Positions 1 through 11,023 of a stretch of 64,000 bases of DNA are shown here, one piece after another. The notes beneath the pieces were generated by a model. That model ran no database searches and had not been told where the DNA came from. It was given only the letters and a program-made list of their open reading frames with translations. Source of the DNA: a virus. The stretch is taken from IMG/VR virus record IMGVR_UViG_3300033442_000004, positions 1-64,000 of that record. The stretch is one strand, 5' to 3'. Within the stretch, counting starts at the first letter, position 1; each line of letters starts with the position of its first letter. The translations under genes were made by a program, and so were the position numbers.

Positions 1-159
1 GGGGCCCGCTCTCCAAAATCGAAACGTTTGCTTTTGAACAAACGTCAGGGCATCAAAAGAACCAGCGGCGGATCGGATAACCGCGGGCGATCTTCACGGC
101 GACGGTGACCACAAAGAAGAGGCCGAATGCGCCGAGGGCGTGGTTGAGGAGCGCTACGA

Positions 160-588
160 TCATGCGCTGACCGGGTTGGGCAAACCCGTCTCCGGATTGT
201 AGGCCTGGTCCGGACGGCGGCTCAGGCGCGTGAGGTCTTCTCCGTTCATCGCCAGTCTCTTCATCTCCTGGATGAGGAAGGTGACGCCGACGCCGATGTT
301 CGGGAAATCCCCGCCGTAGCTGCGGAAACCGCTCCAGTTCTCGGGGTAGATCTGCGGCGGCTCGTCGAAGGCGGTCACATCGTGGTTGCGGCGATCGAAC
401 ACCGCGTCCAGCTGGCCGACGCCGGCCTGGAACAGCTCACCATTCGAGACGTCCACGCGCTCGTTGGCTGGTCCCCACATTTCGTTCTGCCGCGCCAGCT
501 CGTTCACGATGAAGTCGAGGGCGGCCTTTTCTGCTGCGATTGCGTCCAAGTCAGTTAGCTCCTGTTTGCATTGCCTATTTGCATTCAA
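160..588 (-). CDS. Hypothetical phage protein
   Basis: 142-aa ORF co-oriented with neighbours; exact start uncertain because it overlaps the operator motif. Confidence 0.6.
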   Translation of the reverse strand: MNANRQCKQELTDLDAIAAEKAALDFIVNELARQNEMWGPANERVDVSNGELFQAGVGQLDAVFDRRNHDVTAFDEPPQIYPENWSGFRSYGGDFPNIGVGVTFLIQEMKRLAMNGEDLTRLSRRPDQAYNPETGLPNPVSA

Positions 589-612
589 GCTAACGAGTCG
601 TCAAGAGGAAAC

Positions 613-996
613 TCAACGATCGTCGCCATCTCCTTGCAGTGTGCCGCGATCGACACGCCCGCGCAGTTCCATGATGTTGGCCAAAGCGATATCGCCGAGG
701 CTCATGCCCATGCCGTGGGCGAGCGCAGCGAGATACCACAGGTTACCGCCCATCTCCTTGACGATGTCCTGCTTGCGCTTTGGGGTGAGGATGCCACCGT
801 CGTCCCGGAAGATCTTCTTGACCTTGTTCTGGACCTCGCCGGCCTCGCCGAGGCCCAGCGCCGGGTACCAGAGCTTCATGTCGTCGCCGTACTTGATCGT
901 CTTGATGGACTGTTCCTGGTAGAGGTCGAAGCCACGGATCAGCTCTTCGGCTCTGATCGGCGCCTTCGTGTCGATATCGGTATTCACGATGCTCAC
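613..996 (-). CDS. MazG-like nucleoside triphosphate pyrophosphohydrolase
   Basis: YPALGLGEAGEVQNKVKKIFRD...KEMGGNLWYLAALA and the ending RGTLQGDGDDR are typical of phage MazG-like NTP-PPases. Confidence 0.85.
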   Translation of the reverse strand: MSIVNTDIDTKAPIRAEELIRGFDLYQEQSIKTIKYGDDMKLWYPALGLGEAGEVQNKVKKIFRDDGGILTPKRKQDIVKEMGGNLWYLAALAHGMGMSLGDIALANIMELRGRVDRGTLQGDGDDR

Positions 997-1322
997 GTCT
1001 GCTCCTTGAATCGTAGTTCGTCGGCGAGGTCTTGGAACATCCGGACGACGTCTCGCTGGTTGCGACCCGACTGATCGTTCCAGTCGAACGGATGCTTGTG
1101 GAGCTGATCCTTGATCAGCTTGACGAAGCGCGCATACGCGCCCCGGTCTTCCTTGCCAGCTGCTCGGCGGATCGCGCCCTCGATGTCGAACGCGCGTGCC
1201 TCCTGGCTGAACACGGGGCAGGGCTTACCTTGCCGGTCCCGTGCGCAAGTCTTCTGCGTCCACCGTCCGGGCTTCGAGAAAAGCAACAGGCACCGCTCCG
1301 CAATTTCGAGTTCGGTGTGCAT
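993..1322 (-). CDS. Hypothetical phage protein
   Basis: ORF containing RWTQKTCARD and DWNDQSGR; ATG at 1322 chosen as start. Confidence 0.6.
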   Translation of the reverse strand: MHTELEIAERCLLLFSKPGRWTQKTCARDRQGKPCPVFSQEARAFDIEGAIRRAAGKEDRGAYARFVKLIKDQLHKHPFDWNDQSGRNQRDVVRMFQDLADELRFKEQT

Positions 1323-1511
1323 TGCGTTTGCTGAACTCCCATTCAAATGACGCAATCCGATTGATGTCGCGGCGACCGAGCCTCATGAGGTCGAACGCCA
1401 GGTGGTGCATGGGGACTCTCGACGGGAGGACGACGAAATCAGGCGGCGTGTAGACCGCCTGATCCGTTTCCTTGTCGATGATCCAGAGGCGCTTGTGCCT
1501 CTTGGCGACTT

Positions 1512-4500
1512 TTAGCTGCACCCGGTGGTCTCGCCACACGTCTCGCACTTCAAACAGGTGCCGTTCCGCACCATGGTGAAGCTGTTGCAGTTGCCGCACT
1601 CGTCCCCGGTGAAGCCGGACATCTTGGCGACGGCACGCTTGTCGGGAGCCGCGTCAGCGATTTCCTTCTCCTCCGCAGCCGGAGCGGTGATCACGACGTT
1701 GTTGATCACCGTGACAGGCTTATCGACGCCAGTGCCCATGGCCGTGTGGTTGCTCTCCTCGGGGGAGACGTGGGCCAAGTCATCGCGACCGAGGTAGTTG
1801 ATCGCGATGTCCCGGAAGACGAAGTCGACGATCGACGTCACCTGCCGGATGCGGTCGTGCTCCTGGACGAACCCGGAGGGCTCGAACCGGAAGAACGTGA
1901 AGGCGTCGACGAACTCGTCGAGCGGCACGCCGTACTGCAAGCCGAGGCTCACAGCGATGGCGAAGGCGTTCATCATCGACCGGAAGGACGCGCCCTCCTT
2001 GTGCATGTCGATGAAGATTTCACCCAGCCGACCGTCCGGATATTCGCCGGTCCGCAGGTAGACCTTGTGGCCACCCACGATTGCCTTCTGCGTGTAGCCG
2101 CCGCGCTTCGACGGGAGCTTCTCCCGCTTGCGCACCAGCTTCTCGACCACCTGGACCAGCGTCTTCGGCGCATCGGCCGGCTCGTCACCGGTCGGTTCGT
2201 CGTCGACGAGGGCAGAGCTGAGCGGCTGCGACAGCTTCGAACCATCGCGATAGATCGCGTTGGCCTTCAGCCCGAGCTTCCAGGACATCCGGTATGCCTT
2301 CGCCACATCCTCGACGGTCGCGGTGTTCGGCATGTTGATCGTCTTGGAGATCGCACCCGAGATGAACGGCTGAACAGCTGCCATCATCAGGATGTGACCC
2401 TCGGTCGCGATGAACCGCGTGCCCAGCTTGCCGCACGGATTCGCGCAGTCGAAGATCTGGTAGTGCTCCGGCTTGAGACCGGGGGCGCCTTCCAGCGTCA
2501 TCGTTCCGCACACTTCCGTGTTGGCCTTCTCCAGCTCAGCGTCGGTGAACCCGAGATCCTTCCACTTCGTGAGGAAGCGGATGTCGAACGTCGACTTGAC
2601 CTGAGCCTCCGGGATGATGATCGACGCAGCCCGCAGGGCCAGGTCGAACTTCGACGGCAGCACGCCCGTGCCGATGGCATACTTCGAGATCGCGTCGATC
2701 TGCGTCTCGGTGTAGCCGAGCTTGCGGAGCGCAGCCGGGACCTGCTGGTTGATGATCTTGAAGTAGCCGCCGCCGGCCAGCTTCTTGAACTTCACCAGCG
2801 CGAAGTCCGGCTCGATGCCCGTGGTATCGCAATCCATCAGCAGGCCGATCGTGCCGGTCGGGGCGACGACGGTCGTCTGAGCATTGCGGTAGCCGTAGAG
2901 CATGCCGAGATCGAGCGCGTCCGCCCAGATCGCCGTGGCCTTGCCGGCCATTTCGGTCTGGGGCAGAGCGTTCCAGTCCAGCCGAGGCGGACAGATGCTG
3001 AGGCCATCGAACTGTGTCGAGCCAGCTTCAGCCGCGGCGTAATGGTTCGCCATCACGCGCAGCATCGCCTCCCGGTTCTCCTCGAACTTGACGAACGGGC
3101 CCAGCTCCCGCGCCATCTCGGCGGAGGTGCGGTAGGCCACGCCCGTCATGATCGCAGAGATGGCGCCAGCCATCGCCCGACCTTCGCGGGAGTCGTAGGG
3201 CAGACCCATTGCCATCAGCAGGCCGCCGAGGTTGGCGAAGCCGAGGCCGGTGGTGCGATACTCGTAGGAGAGCAGCGCGATTTCCTTGGAGGGGAACTGC
3301 GCCATCGTCACCGAGATTTCCAGAACGATCTGGATCAGGCGACAGACGTGGATGAAGGCATCAACGTCGAACTCCCACGGGCCACCTTGCTTCAGGACGT
3401 TCTTGCCGTAGAACTTCAGCAGGTTCGCCGAGGCCAGGTTGCAGGCCGTGTCGTCCAGGAACATGTACTCCGAGCACGGGTTGGAGGCGCGGATGCGACC
3501 GCCAGCCGGGCAGGTGTGCCAGTCGTTCATGGTCGTGTTGAAGTGCAGGCCGGGGTCGGCCGACTCCCACGCGGCGCGGCAGATCTGATCCCACAGATCG
3601 CGAGCAGGGACCGACTTGACGGTCTCGCCCGTGGTCCGCGACTTCAGATGCCACATGTGACCGCTGTCGACCGCCTCGAGGAAGGCGTCCGTCACCGACA
3701 CGGTGTTGTTCGAGTTCTGGCCCGACACCGTCTCGTAAGCCGGCGACTGCCAGTCGACATCGAACTCCGGGAAGTCGAACGGCTCGCCCATCTCAGCGAG
3801 CTGGAGAACGCGCTGGATGTAGCTGTCCGGCAGGAACGCCGCACGAGCCGCACGGATCGCGCTCTTCACGCTCGGGGTCTCACGGCTCTCGCCGTCGCCC
3901 CAGGCCTCGTAGATGGCCATCAGGTGCTTCTTGGCAGCCTTGGAGCCTGCCACGAGCGCCGCGACCTTCTTCTCCTCCTCGACCTTCCAGCCGATGTACT
4001 CCTCGATATCCGGGTGATCGACATTGACGACGACCATCTTGGCCGCGCGCCGCGTCGTGCCGCCCGACTTGATCGCGCCGGCAGCCCGGTCACCGATCTT
4101 GAGGAAGGACATCATGCCAGACGACTGGCCGCCACCGGACAGCTTCTCGCCCTTGCCACGCAGGTTCGAGAAGTTGGAGCCCGTGCCGGAGCCGTACTTG
4201 AACAGGCGGGCCTCGCGGGTCCACAGGTCCATGATGCCGCCGTTGCCGACCAGGTCATCCTCGATCGACTGGATGAAGCAGGCGTGCGGCTGCGGGCGCT
4301 CGTAGGCGCTCTTGGAGCGGAACTCCATGTAGTTCTTGCCGTTGCCGACATCGCGATCGGCGACGTACCAGTGGCCCTGGGCGGGGCCGTCGATGCCGTA
4401 GGCCCAGTGCAAGCCGGTGTTGAACCACTGCGGCGAGTTGGGCGCGAACATCTGCTGGGCCAGCATGAAGCGCAGCTCGTCGAAGAATGCGAGCGCGTTG

Positions 4501-4940
4501 GCTTCGGCGTCACGCAGCTTGAAGGCGTCGCCCTTCTTGGTGCCCTCGGGGGCGAAATAGCCGTTCTGCCAGCCCCAATAGGTCCAGCAGCCTGCGAGGC
4601 GATCGAAGACCTGCTTGGCGGATGTCTCCGAACCGAAGGTCAGTTCGTTCTCGGCCGCGTCTGGCGACGAGTACGCGCGGTTCGGGATGCGGCGCGACAA
4701 CCACATCGGAACGCCTTCCTCGTAGACGGGCTCCAGATGGTTCGGGACGCCGGCCTTGCGGAAATACTTCTGGGCGAGCACGTCGATGGCGACCTGAGAC
4801 CAATGCTCCGGCACCTCGATGTTCTCCATGCGGAAAACGATCGAGCCGTCCGGGTTCTTGATCTCGCTGGTCGCCCGCTTGAACTTGATCTTGTCGTAGG
4901 GCGAGTTCACGCCGGCAGTGAAGAGTCGGTCGATTCTCAT
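1512..4940 (-). CDS. nrdJ: Vitamin B12-dependent (class II) ribonucleotide reductase
   Basis: [50 protein letters not shown] motifs; C-terminal TSCPD-like domain and CxxC...CxxC tail. Confidence 0.97.
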   Translation of the reverse strand: MRIDRLFTAGVNSPYDKIKFKRATSEIKNPDGSIVFRMENIEVPEHWSQVAIDVLAQKYFRKAGVPNHLEPVYEEGVPMWLSRRIPNRAYSSPDAAENELTFGSETSAKQVFDRLAGCWTYWGWQNGYFAPEGTKKGDAFKLRDAEANALAFFDELRFMLAQQMFAPNSPQWFNTGLHWAYGIDGPAQGHWYVADRDVGNGKNYMEFRSKSAYERPQPHACFIQSIEDDLVGNGGIMDLWTREARLFKYGSGTGSNFSNLRGKGEKLSGGGQSSGMMSFLKIGDRAAGAIKSGGTTRRAAKMVVVNVDHPDIEEYIGWKVEEEKKVAALVAGSKAAKKHLMAIYEAWGDGESRETPSVKSAIRAARAAFLPDSYIQRVLQLAEMGEPFDFPEFDVDWQSPAYETVSGQNSNNTVSVTDAFLEAVDSGHMWHLKSRTTGETVKSVPARDLWDQICRAAWESADPGLHFNTTMNDWHTCPAGGRIRASNPCSEYMFLDDTACNLASANLLKFYGKNVLKQGGPWEFDVDAFIHVCRLIQIVLEISVTMAQFPSKEIALLSYEYRTTGLGFANLGGLLMAMGLPYDSREGRAMAGAISAIMTGVAYRTSAEMARELGPFVKFEENREAMLRVMANHYAAAEAGSTQFDGLSICPPRLDWNALPQTEMAGKATAIWADALDLGMLYGYRNAQTTVVAPTGTIGLLMDCDTTGIEPDFALVKFKKLAGGGYFKIINQQVPAALRKLGYTETQIDAISKYAIGTGVLPSKFDLALRAASIIIPEAQVKSTFDIRFLTKWKDLGFTDAELEKANTEVCGTMTLEGAPGLKPEHYQIFDCANPCGKLGTRFIATEGHILMMAAVQPFISGAISKTINMPNTATVEDVAKAYRMSWKLGLKANAIYRDGSKLSQPLSSALVDDEPTGDEPADAPKTLVQVVEKLVRKREKLPSKRGGYTQKAIVGGHKVYLRTGEYPDGRLGEIFIDMHKEGASFRSMMNAFAIAVSLGLQYGVPLDEFVDAFTFFRFEPSGFVQEHDRIRQVTSIVDFVFRDIAINYLGRDDLAHVSPEESNHTAMGTGVDKPVTVINNVVITAPAAEEKEIADAAPDKRAVAKMSGFTGDECGNCNSFTMVRNGTCLKCETCGETTGCS

Positions 4941-4969
4941 AAGGACTGTTTTTCTCGTTGACGTTGGAC

Positions 4970-5317
4970 TCAGCCGCCGCGCTTCGCCGAGGCGTACGGG
5001 TAGCGCTTGGAGTTATCGATGCGGGTCTCTCGCTTGAGCGGGACGAACTTCACCGGCAGCTTTCCGATCTCAGAAAGGATCTCCTTGATGCGATCACCAT
5101 CGTTCCGCGGATCGAGCACGCGCAGCTGATCGGTCAATGAGTCGACGGCGGCGCTCTCGGCGTTGGTCAACCGGCGCCGTGCGTGGATGGCGGTGTAGGA
5201 GTTCTCGTAGGTGAACTTCTGCTTGGGTGCCGGCTTCGGTCTGGCCAGGAAGGCGAAGGCCTTCATCAGGCCGCCCAGGATATCGGTAGCTGCTTCCACT
5301 TTGTGCTCCTTTTGCAT
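4970..5317 (-). CDS. Hypothetical phage protein
   Basis: 115-aa ORF downstream of TTGACG and an operator motif. Confidence 0.6.
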   Translation of the reverse strand: MQKEHKVEAATDILGGLMKAFAFLARPKPAPKQKFTYENSYTAIHARRRLTNAESAAVDSLTDQLRVLDPRNDGDRIKEILSEIGKLPVKFVPLKRETRIDNSKRYPYASAKRGG

Positions 5318-5328
5318 TCAAACAAACG

Positions 5329-5550
5329 TCAAGGCAGAGAACGAATGCGGCGTCGGATCTGCTGTCGGGTGAAATTGGTGACGTACGGGGTGCGCGGCGA
5401 TGATGCGAAAGACACCTGGGCCCACGATGTCCGGACTCGGAAGTGGACCACGTAGTGTCTTCTGTTCTGATCGAGATAGAACTCGTCTATCTCGCCATCA
5501 TCCATCAGCTGCTGCGCCTCCTACTTGATGTCTCGAACGTGAGCCTTCAT
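5329..5550 (-). pseudogene. Small phage gene with in-frame amber stop
   Basis: MKAHVRDIK-TAG(5521-5523)-EAQQLMDDGEIDEFYLD...RRIRSLP in one frame, filling the gap between neighbouring genes. Confidence 0.5.
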
Positions 5551-6001
5551 CTTTCCCTCTCTTCGGGAATGACCTCTTCGGCCACGCCCGCTTGGGCCGC
5601 TTCTCGCGAGGCAGCTCCACGTCTGGATCAACCTTCGCCAGCATGCGGCGTCTAAACTCTTCGGTGTCCTTGGCGATGCGCTTCGTTCGCGCGATCTCCG
5701 TCACGTCGGCGCCGCGCTTGGACGCCTTCGACCCGAAGGTCTTGGCGGCATGGCAGTCGACGTGCTTGGCGAAGATGTGCTCCTCGTCGTTGGCGGGAGG
5801 CACAGTGTTTTCGGCCACTGGATCCCAGCACCGCAGCTGCAGTGCCGGGACATGATCGAACTCGGTGTCGTCGAGCTTGCCCAGGCGTTCACCGCAGGAC
5901 GCGCATTTGCTGTCCTGCCGGATCACCACCTTGAGCTTCACCGTGACTGGGATCGGTTTTCTGAAACCAGGTGGAGGTGGGAGAGGGAGGGTGGCGTCCA
6001 T
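5498..6001 (-). CDS. HNH endonuclease-like protein
   Basis: CASCG...EFDHVPAL...HVDCHAAKT HNH signature. Confidence 0.75.
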   Translation of the reverse strand: MDATLPLPPPPGFRKPIPVTVKLKVVIRQDSKCASCGERLGKLDDTEFDHVPALQLRCWDPVAENTVPPANDEEHIFAKHVDCHAAKTFGSKASKRGADVTEIARTKRIAKDTEEFRRRMLAKVDPDVELPREKRPKRAWPKRSFPKRGKDEGSRSRHQVGGAAADG

Positions 6002-6032
6002 GCGCTTTTCGTATTTGCATTCATGCAAACAG

Positions 6033-6266
6033 TCAAGCGGCCAGACGCTTTATTTTCCTCCGATAGAACGCCAGCCCCGCTTCGGTGAACTGACCATCGA
6101 CGGCAGCGAAGCCCTTGCGGATCAGCGCGTTCAGGCTGATCTGCTCACGCTTTGTGGCGGCGACGGCGCCGATCGCGAAGCCTGCGCTCTCACGCCAGTG
6201 CTTCTGGGTCGGCACCCATTGCTCCATGAACCGGAACTGCGCCTTCGACAACCGAGGTCTGGCCAT
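6033..6266 (-). CDS. Hypothetical phage protein
   Basis: MARPRLSK... ORF ending KRLAA. Confidence 0.55.
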   Translation of the reverse strand: MARPRLSKAQFRFMEQWVPTQKHWRESAGFAIGAVAATKREQISLNALIRKGFAAVDGQFTEAGLAFYRRKIKRLAA

Positions 6267-6706
6267 CAGTCCAGCTCCGGGTCGACGTAGAAGCGCCACT
6301 CCAAGCCCTCGCGGTGCCACTGGCCGGCGCACACCGGGATGACCTTGTTGGCTGAGTTGAACTCGTTGTCGTTCGCGTGGTCCTCGTCTCCGATCAGCTC
6401 GCGCAGCTCCTGCGTCGGGATGAGCGTATCCGTCCAGACCAGTTCGGTGTTGCCGACCTTGATCCTGGCGAAGTCCGTCAGCGAGTTTTCGACCTGGGAG
6501 ATGGCATGACGCAGGTCGGCCAGCTCGGAGAGGTACATGGCGGCGTTGGTCGGCCCGCCGCCTGGATCGGTGCTTTCGAGACCGAAGCGGCCGATCTTGC
6601 CGTAGATCCGCAGGCAGCGGCCGATCACCTCGACGACCTCGCCGGACTCCTCGACGACTCTGGCGACCTTGCCGTCGACGGTGGTGGGTAGGTATCTCGG
6701 GTTCAT
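6266..6706 (-). CDS. Second, divergent MazG-like protein
   Basis: VVEESGEVVEVIG...KIGRFG...LSELADL (EExGE...ELxD helical NTP-PPase pattern). Confidence 0.6.
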   Translation of the reverse strand: MNPRYLPTTVDGKVARVVEESGEVVEVIGRCLRIYGKIGRFGLESTDPGGGPTNAAMYLSELADLRHAISQVENSLTDFARIKVGNTELVWTDTLIPTQELRELIGDEDHANDNEFNSANKVIPVCAGQWHREGLEWRFYVDPELD

Positions 6707-7032
6707 GCGCCGATCTCGATCTTGAGTTTGTCGTTGAGGATGGCGTCGACCTGTTCTTTGACGTGCGCTTTGACGCGGGCGTTGACTTGGTCCTCGATCA
6801 TCTTCTCGAGTTTTTTCCGGTTCCATTGGCCCCAGACCACATGGCTGATGGCGCGGATCACGAAGTTCTCAACTTCGTCCGTGTTGCGGAAGCGCTGGGC
6901 GGTTACACCCGTCACTTCCTGCCGTACCAAGGTCTCGATGCCGTCGCGGCTGAGACCCAGCTCGTTGAACAGGATGTTTCGGACCGCCATGTGGATAGCG
7001 GCGTGGGACGGGCGGGATTCTGTCTCGCTCAT
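6703..7032 (-). CDS. Hypothetical phage protein
   Basis: 109-aa ORF with ATGA overlaps. Confidence 0.6.
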   Translation of the reverse strand: MSETESRPSHAAIHMAVRNILFNELGLSRDGIETLVRQEVTGVTAQRFRNTDEVENFVIRAISHVVWGQWNRKKLEKMIEDQVNARVKAHVKEQVDAILNDKLKIEIGA

Positions 7033-7289
7033 TTCAGGCTCTTCATCTCGATCTTGAGGGTGGTGAGATTGTTGCCGACCAGGTAGGCGAGGATGCTCAT
7101 GGCCTTGAAGTGCCAGACCCTGGTGCCGTCAGGCTTGACGAGGTTGAGCCTGCCTCGTGGGAAGCGAGGCGGAGCCTTCCAGCCCTTCGGCGTGGTGAGC
7201 AGAATGCCAGCCTCCTCAGCGGGCATCTTGTTGAGCGTGTAGAAGTTGATGTTCTCCACGCACTGTCTGGCGATGTCGTCAGCGTGCAT
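7029..7289 (-). CDS. Hypothetical phage protein
   Basis: 86-aa ORF with ATGA overlap. Confidence 0.6.
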   Translation of the reverse strand: MHADDIARQCVENINFYTLNKMPAEEAGILLTTPKGWKAPPRFPRGRLNLVKPDGTRVWHFKAMSILAYLVGNNLTTLKIEMKSLK

Positions 7290-7424
7290 AAGGCACCTTG
7301 GTGATCTTGCCGGCGGCGATACGCCTTTCCAGCATCTTGAAGGCAGCCTTCGGGGGAGGGGCGACGCAGCAGAACGCGCCGCCCCAGAACCCTGTCTCGC
7401 CGCAGATGATGGGCCGATAGAACT

Positions 7425-7865
7425 TCACGCCGCCACCGCCTGGGGATAGAGCTTCGCCAGCTCCGCCTTGACGCGCTCGACGATGCGGCCAGAGAAGTTG
7501 TCCGGGTGCCGCGGATCGGTGATGATGCCGTCCTCGACCTCGACGTCCTGGGCCTCCGTGTGCGGATTGTCAGCGTGCCACAGGCCGTAGAAGTTTCGGA
7601 TGCCCCGGTGTGCGAACACCAGGCAGCCGGCGTGATCCGGCGGCGGAGGATTGTACAGCACCGGACTGAGCATGAACGGGAACTTCCAGCTCCACGGATC
7701 GAGCCAGCGCTTCAGCGCGACCTCGTCCTCGCGGATGCGCTTGATCACGTCGGCGACGATGCCGTCTTCGTCGAGATACGATCCGAACCAGTCCACGGCC
7801 TGCGGCTTTTCTCCCTTGCCGAGACCTCGGACCAGATTGGACAGCTTGTTCAGCAGGTTTGCCAT
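7425..7865 (-). CDS. Hypothetical phage protein
   Basis: 146-aa ORF ending QAVAA. Confidence 0.65.
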   Translation of the reverse strand: MANLLNKLSNLVRGLGKGEKPQAVDWFGSYLDEDGIVADVIKRIREDEVALKRWLDPWSWKFPFMLSPVLYNPPPPDHAGCLVFAHRGIRNFYGLWHADNPHTEAQDVEVEDGIITDPRHPDNFSGRIVERVKAELAKLYPQAVAA

Positions 7866-8360
7866 TTACGCGGCCTCCTCGTTGCGCCGCTCATCGTTGT
7901 CGTTCGCGGCCTTGTAATTCGATTGCGCCCTGGCTTCCTTCAGCAGCTCGTCCAGATCGATGCCCGGGATGATGTGGCTCTGGATGGTTTCGAGAGCTGC
8001 GTCGAAGTAGGCCTTGAAGTCTTCCTCGCCCATCGCGTCGAACGCCGTGGAGGAGGGGATCATGATGATCTCGCCGGCCGTGGTCATGACCGGACGAACG
8101 ACGCCGTTGGCGAGCAGCAGCGTGTCGTGCAGCGACTCTTCGCTGGCGAACAGATCGGTGTTGTTGGTCACGATGCGCAGGATCACCCGGTACAGGCGAT
8201 GCCTGGGACCGCTCCGGGGCTGAGCGAACTGTGCCCGAACCGGCACGTTCTCCGGGATCGACTGGAACATTTCCACGTCGTACGCGGCGTGCGGGATCAG
8301 GTGGCCATCGACCTTGCGGACGAGGATCCACTTGCTCTTGGACTTGTTGCTCGCGCTCAT
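7866..8360 (-). CDS. NinB/DUF1367-like recombination-associated protein
   Basis: PRSGPRHRLY and IPSSTAFDAMGEEDFKAYF patterns; lies in the recombination cluster. Confidence 0.6.
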   Translation of the reverse strand: MSASNKSKSKWILVRKVDGHLIPHAAYDVEMFQSIPENVPVRAQFAQPRSGPRHRLYRVILRIVTNNTDLFASEESLHDTLLLANGVVRPVMTTAGEIIMIPSSTAFDAMGEEDFKAYFDAALETIQSHIIPGIDLDELLKEARAQSNYKAANDNDERRNEEAA

Positions 8361-8383
8361 GCGTTGGTTCTCTTCATGTCACC

Positions 8384-8653
8384 TCAGATCAGTGATCCCT
8401 GGCGGGACCGCTGGCTTGTGGATCTCGGTTTGGGTTGGGGTCTCGGCCTGTCGTCCCGCTGCAGCTGCTCGACCTTCACGCGGCATGCCTCGATGAGCGT
8501 TTCGATCTGCTCTTCGGTCAGGCCGTAATCCTCGCGGTGAGCCCGTTCATCGGCCCACCACTGACGAAGGGAGGAGGGCGGGCCCTCTGAGAGTGAGATC
8601 CCCCAGAGGGCCAGCTGCATGTAGGCCGCAGCCTTATCCGGCATGGGCCGCAC
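8384..8653 (-). CDS. Hypothetical phage protein
   Basis: 89-aa ORF overlapping the SSAP stop. Confidence 0.55.
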   Translation of the reverse strand: MRPMPDKAAAYMQLALWGISLSEGPPSSLRQWWADERAHREDYGLTEEQIETLIEACRVKVEQLQRDDRPRPQPKPRSTSQRSRQGSLI

Positions 8654-9359
8654 GCTTCAGCTCCTGCGACTTGTCGCTGAGCTTGCCCATGACGTAGGCC
8701 TCGCCGTTCGACGAGAGCTTCTTCATGTCTTCGATGAAGCCCTTGTCGGCGGCGATCTCCATCGCCTGCTTCGTGCGCTCGATGCCGGCGATCTTCTCGA
8801 CCCAGAACGTGACGATCTTCTTGCCTTCCTCCGCGGTGACGGAAGCCTCGCGGGCCGGGGCCTTGTCGTCGTTGGCCGCCGGCCGGCGCTCGTCACGCTG
8901 ATCGTCGCGGCGGTCGCTCGACCGGTTGTTGCCGGGGTCCTGGTTGAAGTCGTCGGCTTCCTCGGACGAGTAGGCGTCGCCGTGCAGGTCGGCCAGCTTC
9001 AGGATCACGCGATCCTTCGCCCGCTTCTCCGCCATGGCGTACGGATACGCCGCCATCTTGCCCTTGACCTTGTAGTTGCCGCCGACCTCATTCTCCTTCG
9101 AGATCAGGGCCTCGCCGATCGACCACTCGGTCTTGCCGTTTGCCTCGCCCATGACGAGGATGACGGCCTCGTCGCGCTCGGCACGCAGGATCTCGGGCTT
9201 CGTCCATTTGATGCCGATGGCGGCACCTAGGCGCTCGACGTCCTTGTGCTTGACGACGGGCGTTCCCTGGACTTCCCAGATCGAGTCGCGATCGATGTCG
9301 ACCTTATGCTTGTCGAAGACGTCGTAGATCTTGTCGAGCTTCGGGTTCTTTCGCGCCAT
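8634..9359 (-). CDS. Putative single-strand annealing protein (Rad52/Sak-like)
   Basis: YPYAMAEKRAKDRVILKL...YSSEEADDF motif; adjacent to YqaJ exonuclease. Confidence 0.6.
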   Translation of the reverse strand: MARKNPKLDKIYDVFDKHKVDIDRDSIWEVQGTPVVKHKDVERLGAAIGIKWTKPEILRAERDEAVILVMGEANGKTEWSIGEALISKENEVGGNYKVKGKMAAYPYAMAEKRAKDRVILKLADLHGDAYSSEEADDFNQDPGNNRSSDRRDDQRDERRPAANDDKAPAREASVTAEEGKKIVTFWVEKIAGIERTKQAMEIAADKGFIEDMKKLSSNGEAYVMGKLSDKSQELKRAAHAG

Positions 9360-9374
9360 GGTTTTCTCCTGTGA

Positions 9375-10331
9375 CTATGCGGCGTCTGCCGCGGGGGTGG
9401 GTTTGTCGTTGCTGTTGGCGGCCTTGCGGGAGCGGGTCGCCTTCGGTTTGGGCTCGGGCAGGGGACGGCCGGAGTCCTTGTCGGCCTGCTTGACCGCCTC
9501 CTTGTCGATCTTGACGAGCATCTTGCCGTCGCTCGAATAGGAGATCGTCACGCCCTTGCCGGACGCGATCTTGGCGTCCTGCGGCATCTTCTTCTTGATG
9601 TCCTTCTTCGCCTTCTCGTGCTCGTCGACGGCGGTCTTGGTCTCCACCATCTTCTGAGCCAGGTCGCACCACTCGTTGTCGCCGTTCATGTCGGCGATGC
9701 GAACTTTCTCGAGCAACGGAACCGAGATCGTCGGCGTGCCGGGCGTGCGGCCGGTCTGGACGCAATCCCAGAAGTCCTGCTCGGCCTGGAGCATCTTGGC
9801 CTGGTAGAAGATGTCGGCTTCGACCTCCATGACGACGTGCTGGGCGGCGCCGGTGATGATCGACAGATACGAGAGCGGCAGGTCCATCACCATCATGTTG
9901 TGCTGGCACTGCGCGTAGTACTTGTCGTAGGCCTTCTGCTTGTCGAAGCCGAAGGGCATCATGAACTTGAACTCGACCATCGCGATGACGGGAGCGTCGT
10001 CCGCCTTGCGAACGAGTCCGTCGAGGGTCGCGTGAGCCTTGTCCCAGTCCTTGTAGAAGACCTTGTCCTGCTCGTTGGTCACGGCCAGGTTCATCTGGAA
10101 CTCGAACCAGTCAGCGTTCAGCTGCTCGGTCGTGTTGCCCATCTGGACCAGCAGGATCTCGGACATGTCCTCCTGCTCCTGCTCGCCGCGCTTCTCGCGC
10201 CACAGACGCTCGATCTCCATCTGGTCGCCAGACATAATGATGCGCGCATCCGATCCACCGAGGGACGTCATGCGGGCAGCGCGGGCCTCATCGCTCATGC
10301 CGAGGTGGCGGGTACGACGTAGAAACTGCAT
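9375..10331 (-). CDS. YqaJ/lambda-exonuclease family protein
   Basis: R..SLGGSDA, HATLDG, VEFK, YYAQCQHNM motifs. Confidence 0.9.
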   Translation of the reverse strand: MQFLRRTRHLGMSDEARAARMTSLGGSDARIIMSGDQMEIERLWREKRGEQEQEDMSEILLVQMGNTTEQLNADWFEFQMNLAVTNEQDKVFYKDWDKAHATLDGLVRKADDAPVIAMVEFKFMMPFGFDKQKAYDKYYAQCQHNMMVMDLPLSYLSIITGAAQHVVMEVEADIFYQAKMLQAEQDFWDCVQTGRTPGTPTISVPLLEKVRIADMNGDNEWCDLAQKMVETKTAVDEHEKAKKDIKKKMPQDAKIASGKGVTISYSSDGKMLVKIDKEAVKQADKDSGRPLPEPKPKATRSRKAANSNDKPTPAADAA

Positions 10332-10345
10332 CTCACTTCTCCTGT

Positions 10346-11023
10346 TCAGCGGTATTCCCGCCAGATGGCTTTCTCGCCGAGGGTCTCGACGAAGGCCGCG
10401 TGCAGCCGCCGCTCCTCGTCGGTCAGCCTGGACGGCAGAGGAACGGGCCGCTGGCGCGCAGCGGGTAGGTTGTCGATGGTGACTTCTTCCTTCTCGCCGA
10501 GCAGCGAGAGGCCATATTGGCGGCCACCGCGCAGCTCGACGTAGACTTCGCTCAGCAGCTCGGCGTCGAGGAGGGCGCCGTGCAGCTTTCTCCTGCTGGT
10601 ATCGATGTTGAAGGCCGAGCAGAGACCGTCGAGGGTGTGACGGCCACGCGGACGCTTCGCCTTCGCCAGCTCCAGGGTGTCGACGATTTCGTTCTGGAGC
10701 GGCGGCATATCGAGCCGGTCCAGTTCGTCGTTGATCATCCCGAGATCGAAGGGAGCGTTGTGCGCCACCAGCCGCGCATCACCGATGAAGGCGAGGAACT
10801 GGTTGACCACCCGCTTGAACGTCGGCTTCGTCTTCAGAAACTCATTGCTGAGCCCATGGACGGCGAACGCCTCCCTGTGAACCGGATGCGTGGGGTTGAC
10901 GTACTTGTGGAACGTCTTCCCCGTCGGCAGCCAGTTGTTGATCTCGACGCAGCCGATTTCCACGATGCGGTCGACCTTGCGCTCGATGCCCGTGGTTTCG
11001 GTGTCGATGATGATCTCTCTCAA
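10346..11023 (-). CDS. dnaQ: DNA polymerase III epsilon-like 3'-5' exonuclease
   Basis: IIDTETTG, VAHNAPFD, HGALLDAELL (DEDDh); Q-Y-G-L-S-L clamp-binding-like motif. Confidence 0.95.
   Translation of the reverse strand: MREIIIDTETTGIERKVDRIVEIGCVEINNWLPTGKTFHKYVNPTHPVHREAFAVHGLSNEFLKTKPTFKRVVNQFLAFIGDARLVAHNAPFDLGMINDELDRLDMPPLQNEIVDTLELAKAKRPRGRHTLDGLCSAFNIDTSRRKLHGALLDAELLSEVYVELRGGRQYGLSLLGEKEEVTIDNLPAARQRPVPLPSRLTDEERRLHAAFVETLGEKAIWREYR

Noticed and set aside
1225-1599. ORF between nrdJ and the 993-1322 gene
   Set aside because: The middle part looks protein-like, but there is no credible start codon outside nrdJ and it overlaps both neighbours; possibly a pseudogene but unsupported
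1746-4961. Very long plus-strand ORFs (1071 aa here; also 26790-28928, 30058-31683, 14429-15850, 49913-51454)
   Set aside because: Antisense shadows of real minus-strand genes caused by high GC3 codon bias; no recognisable motifs
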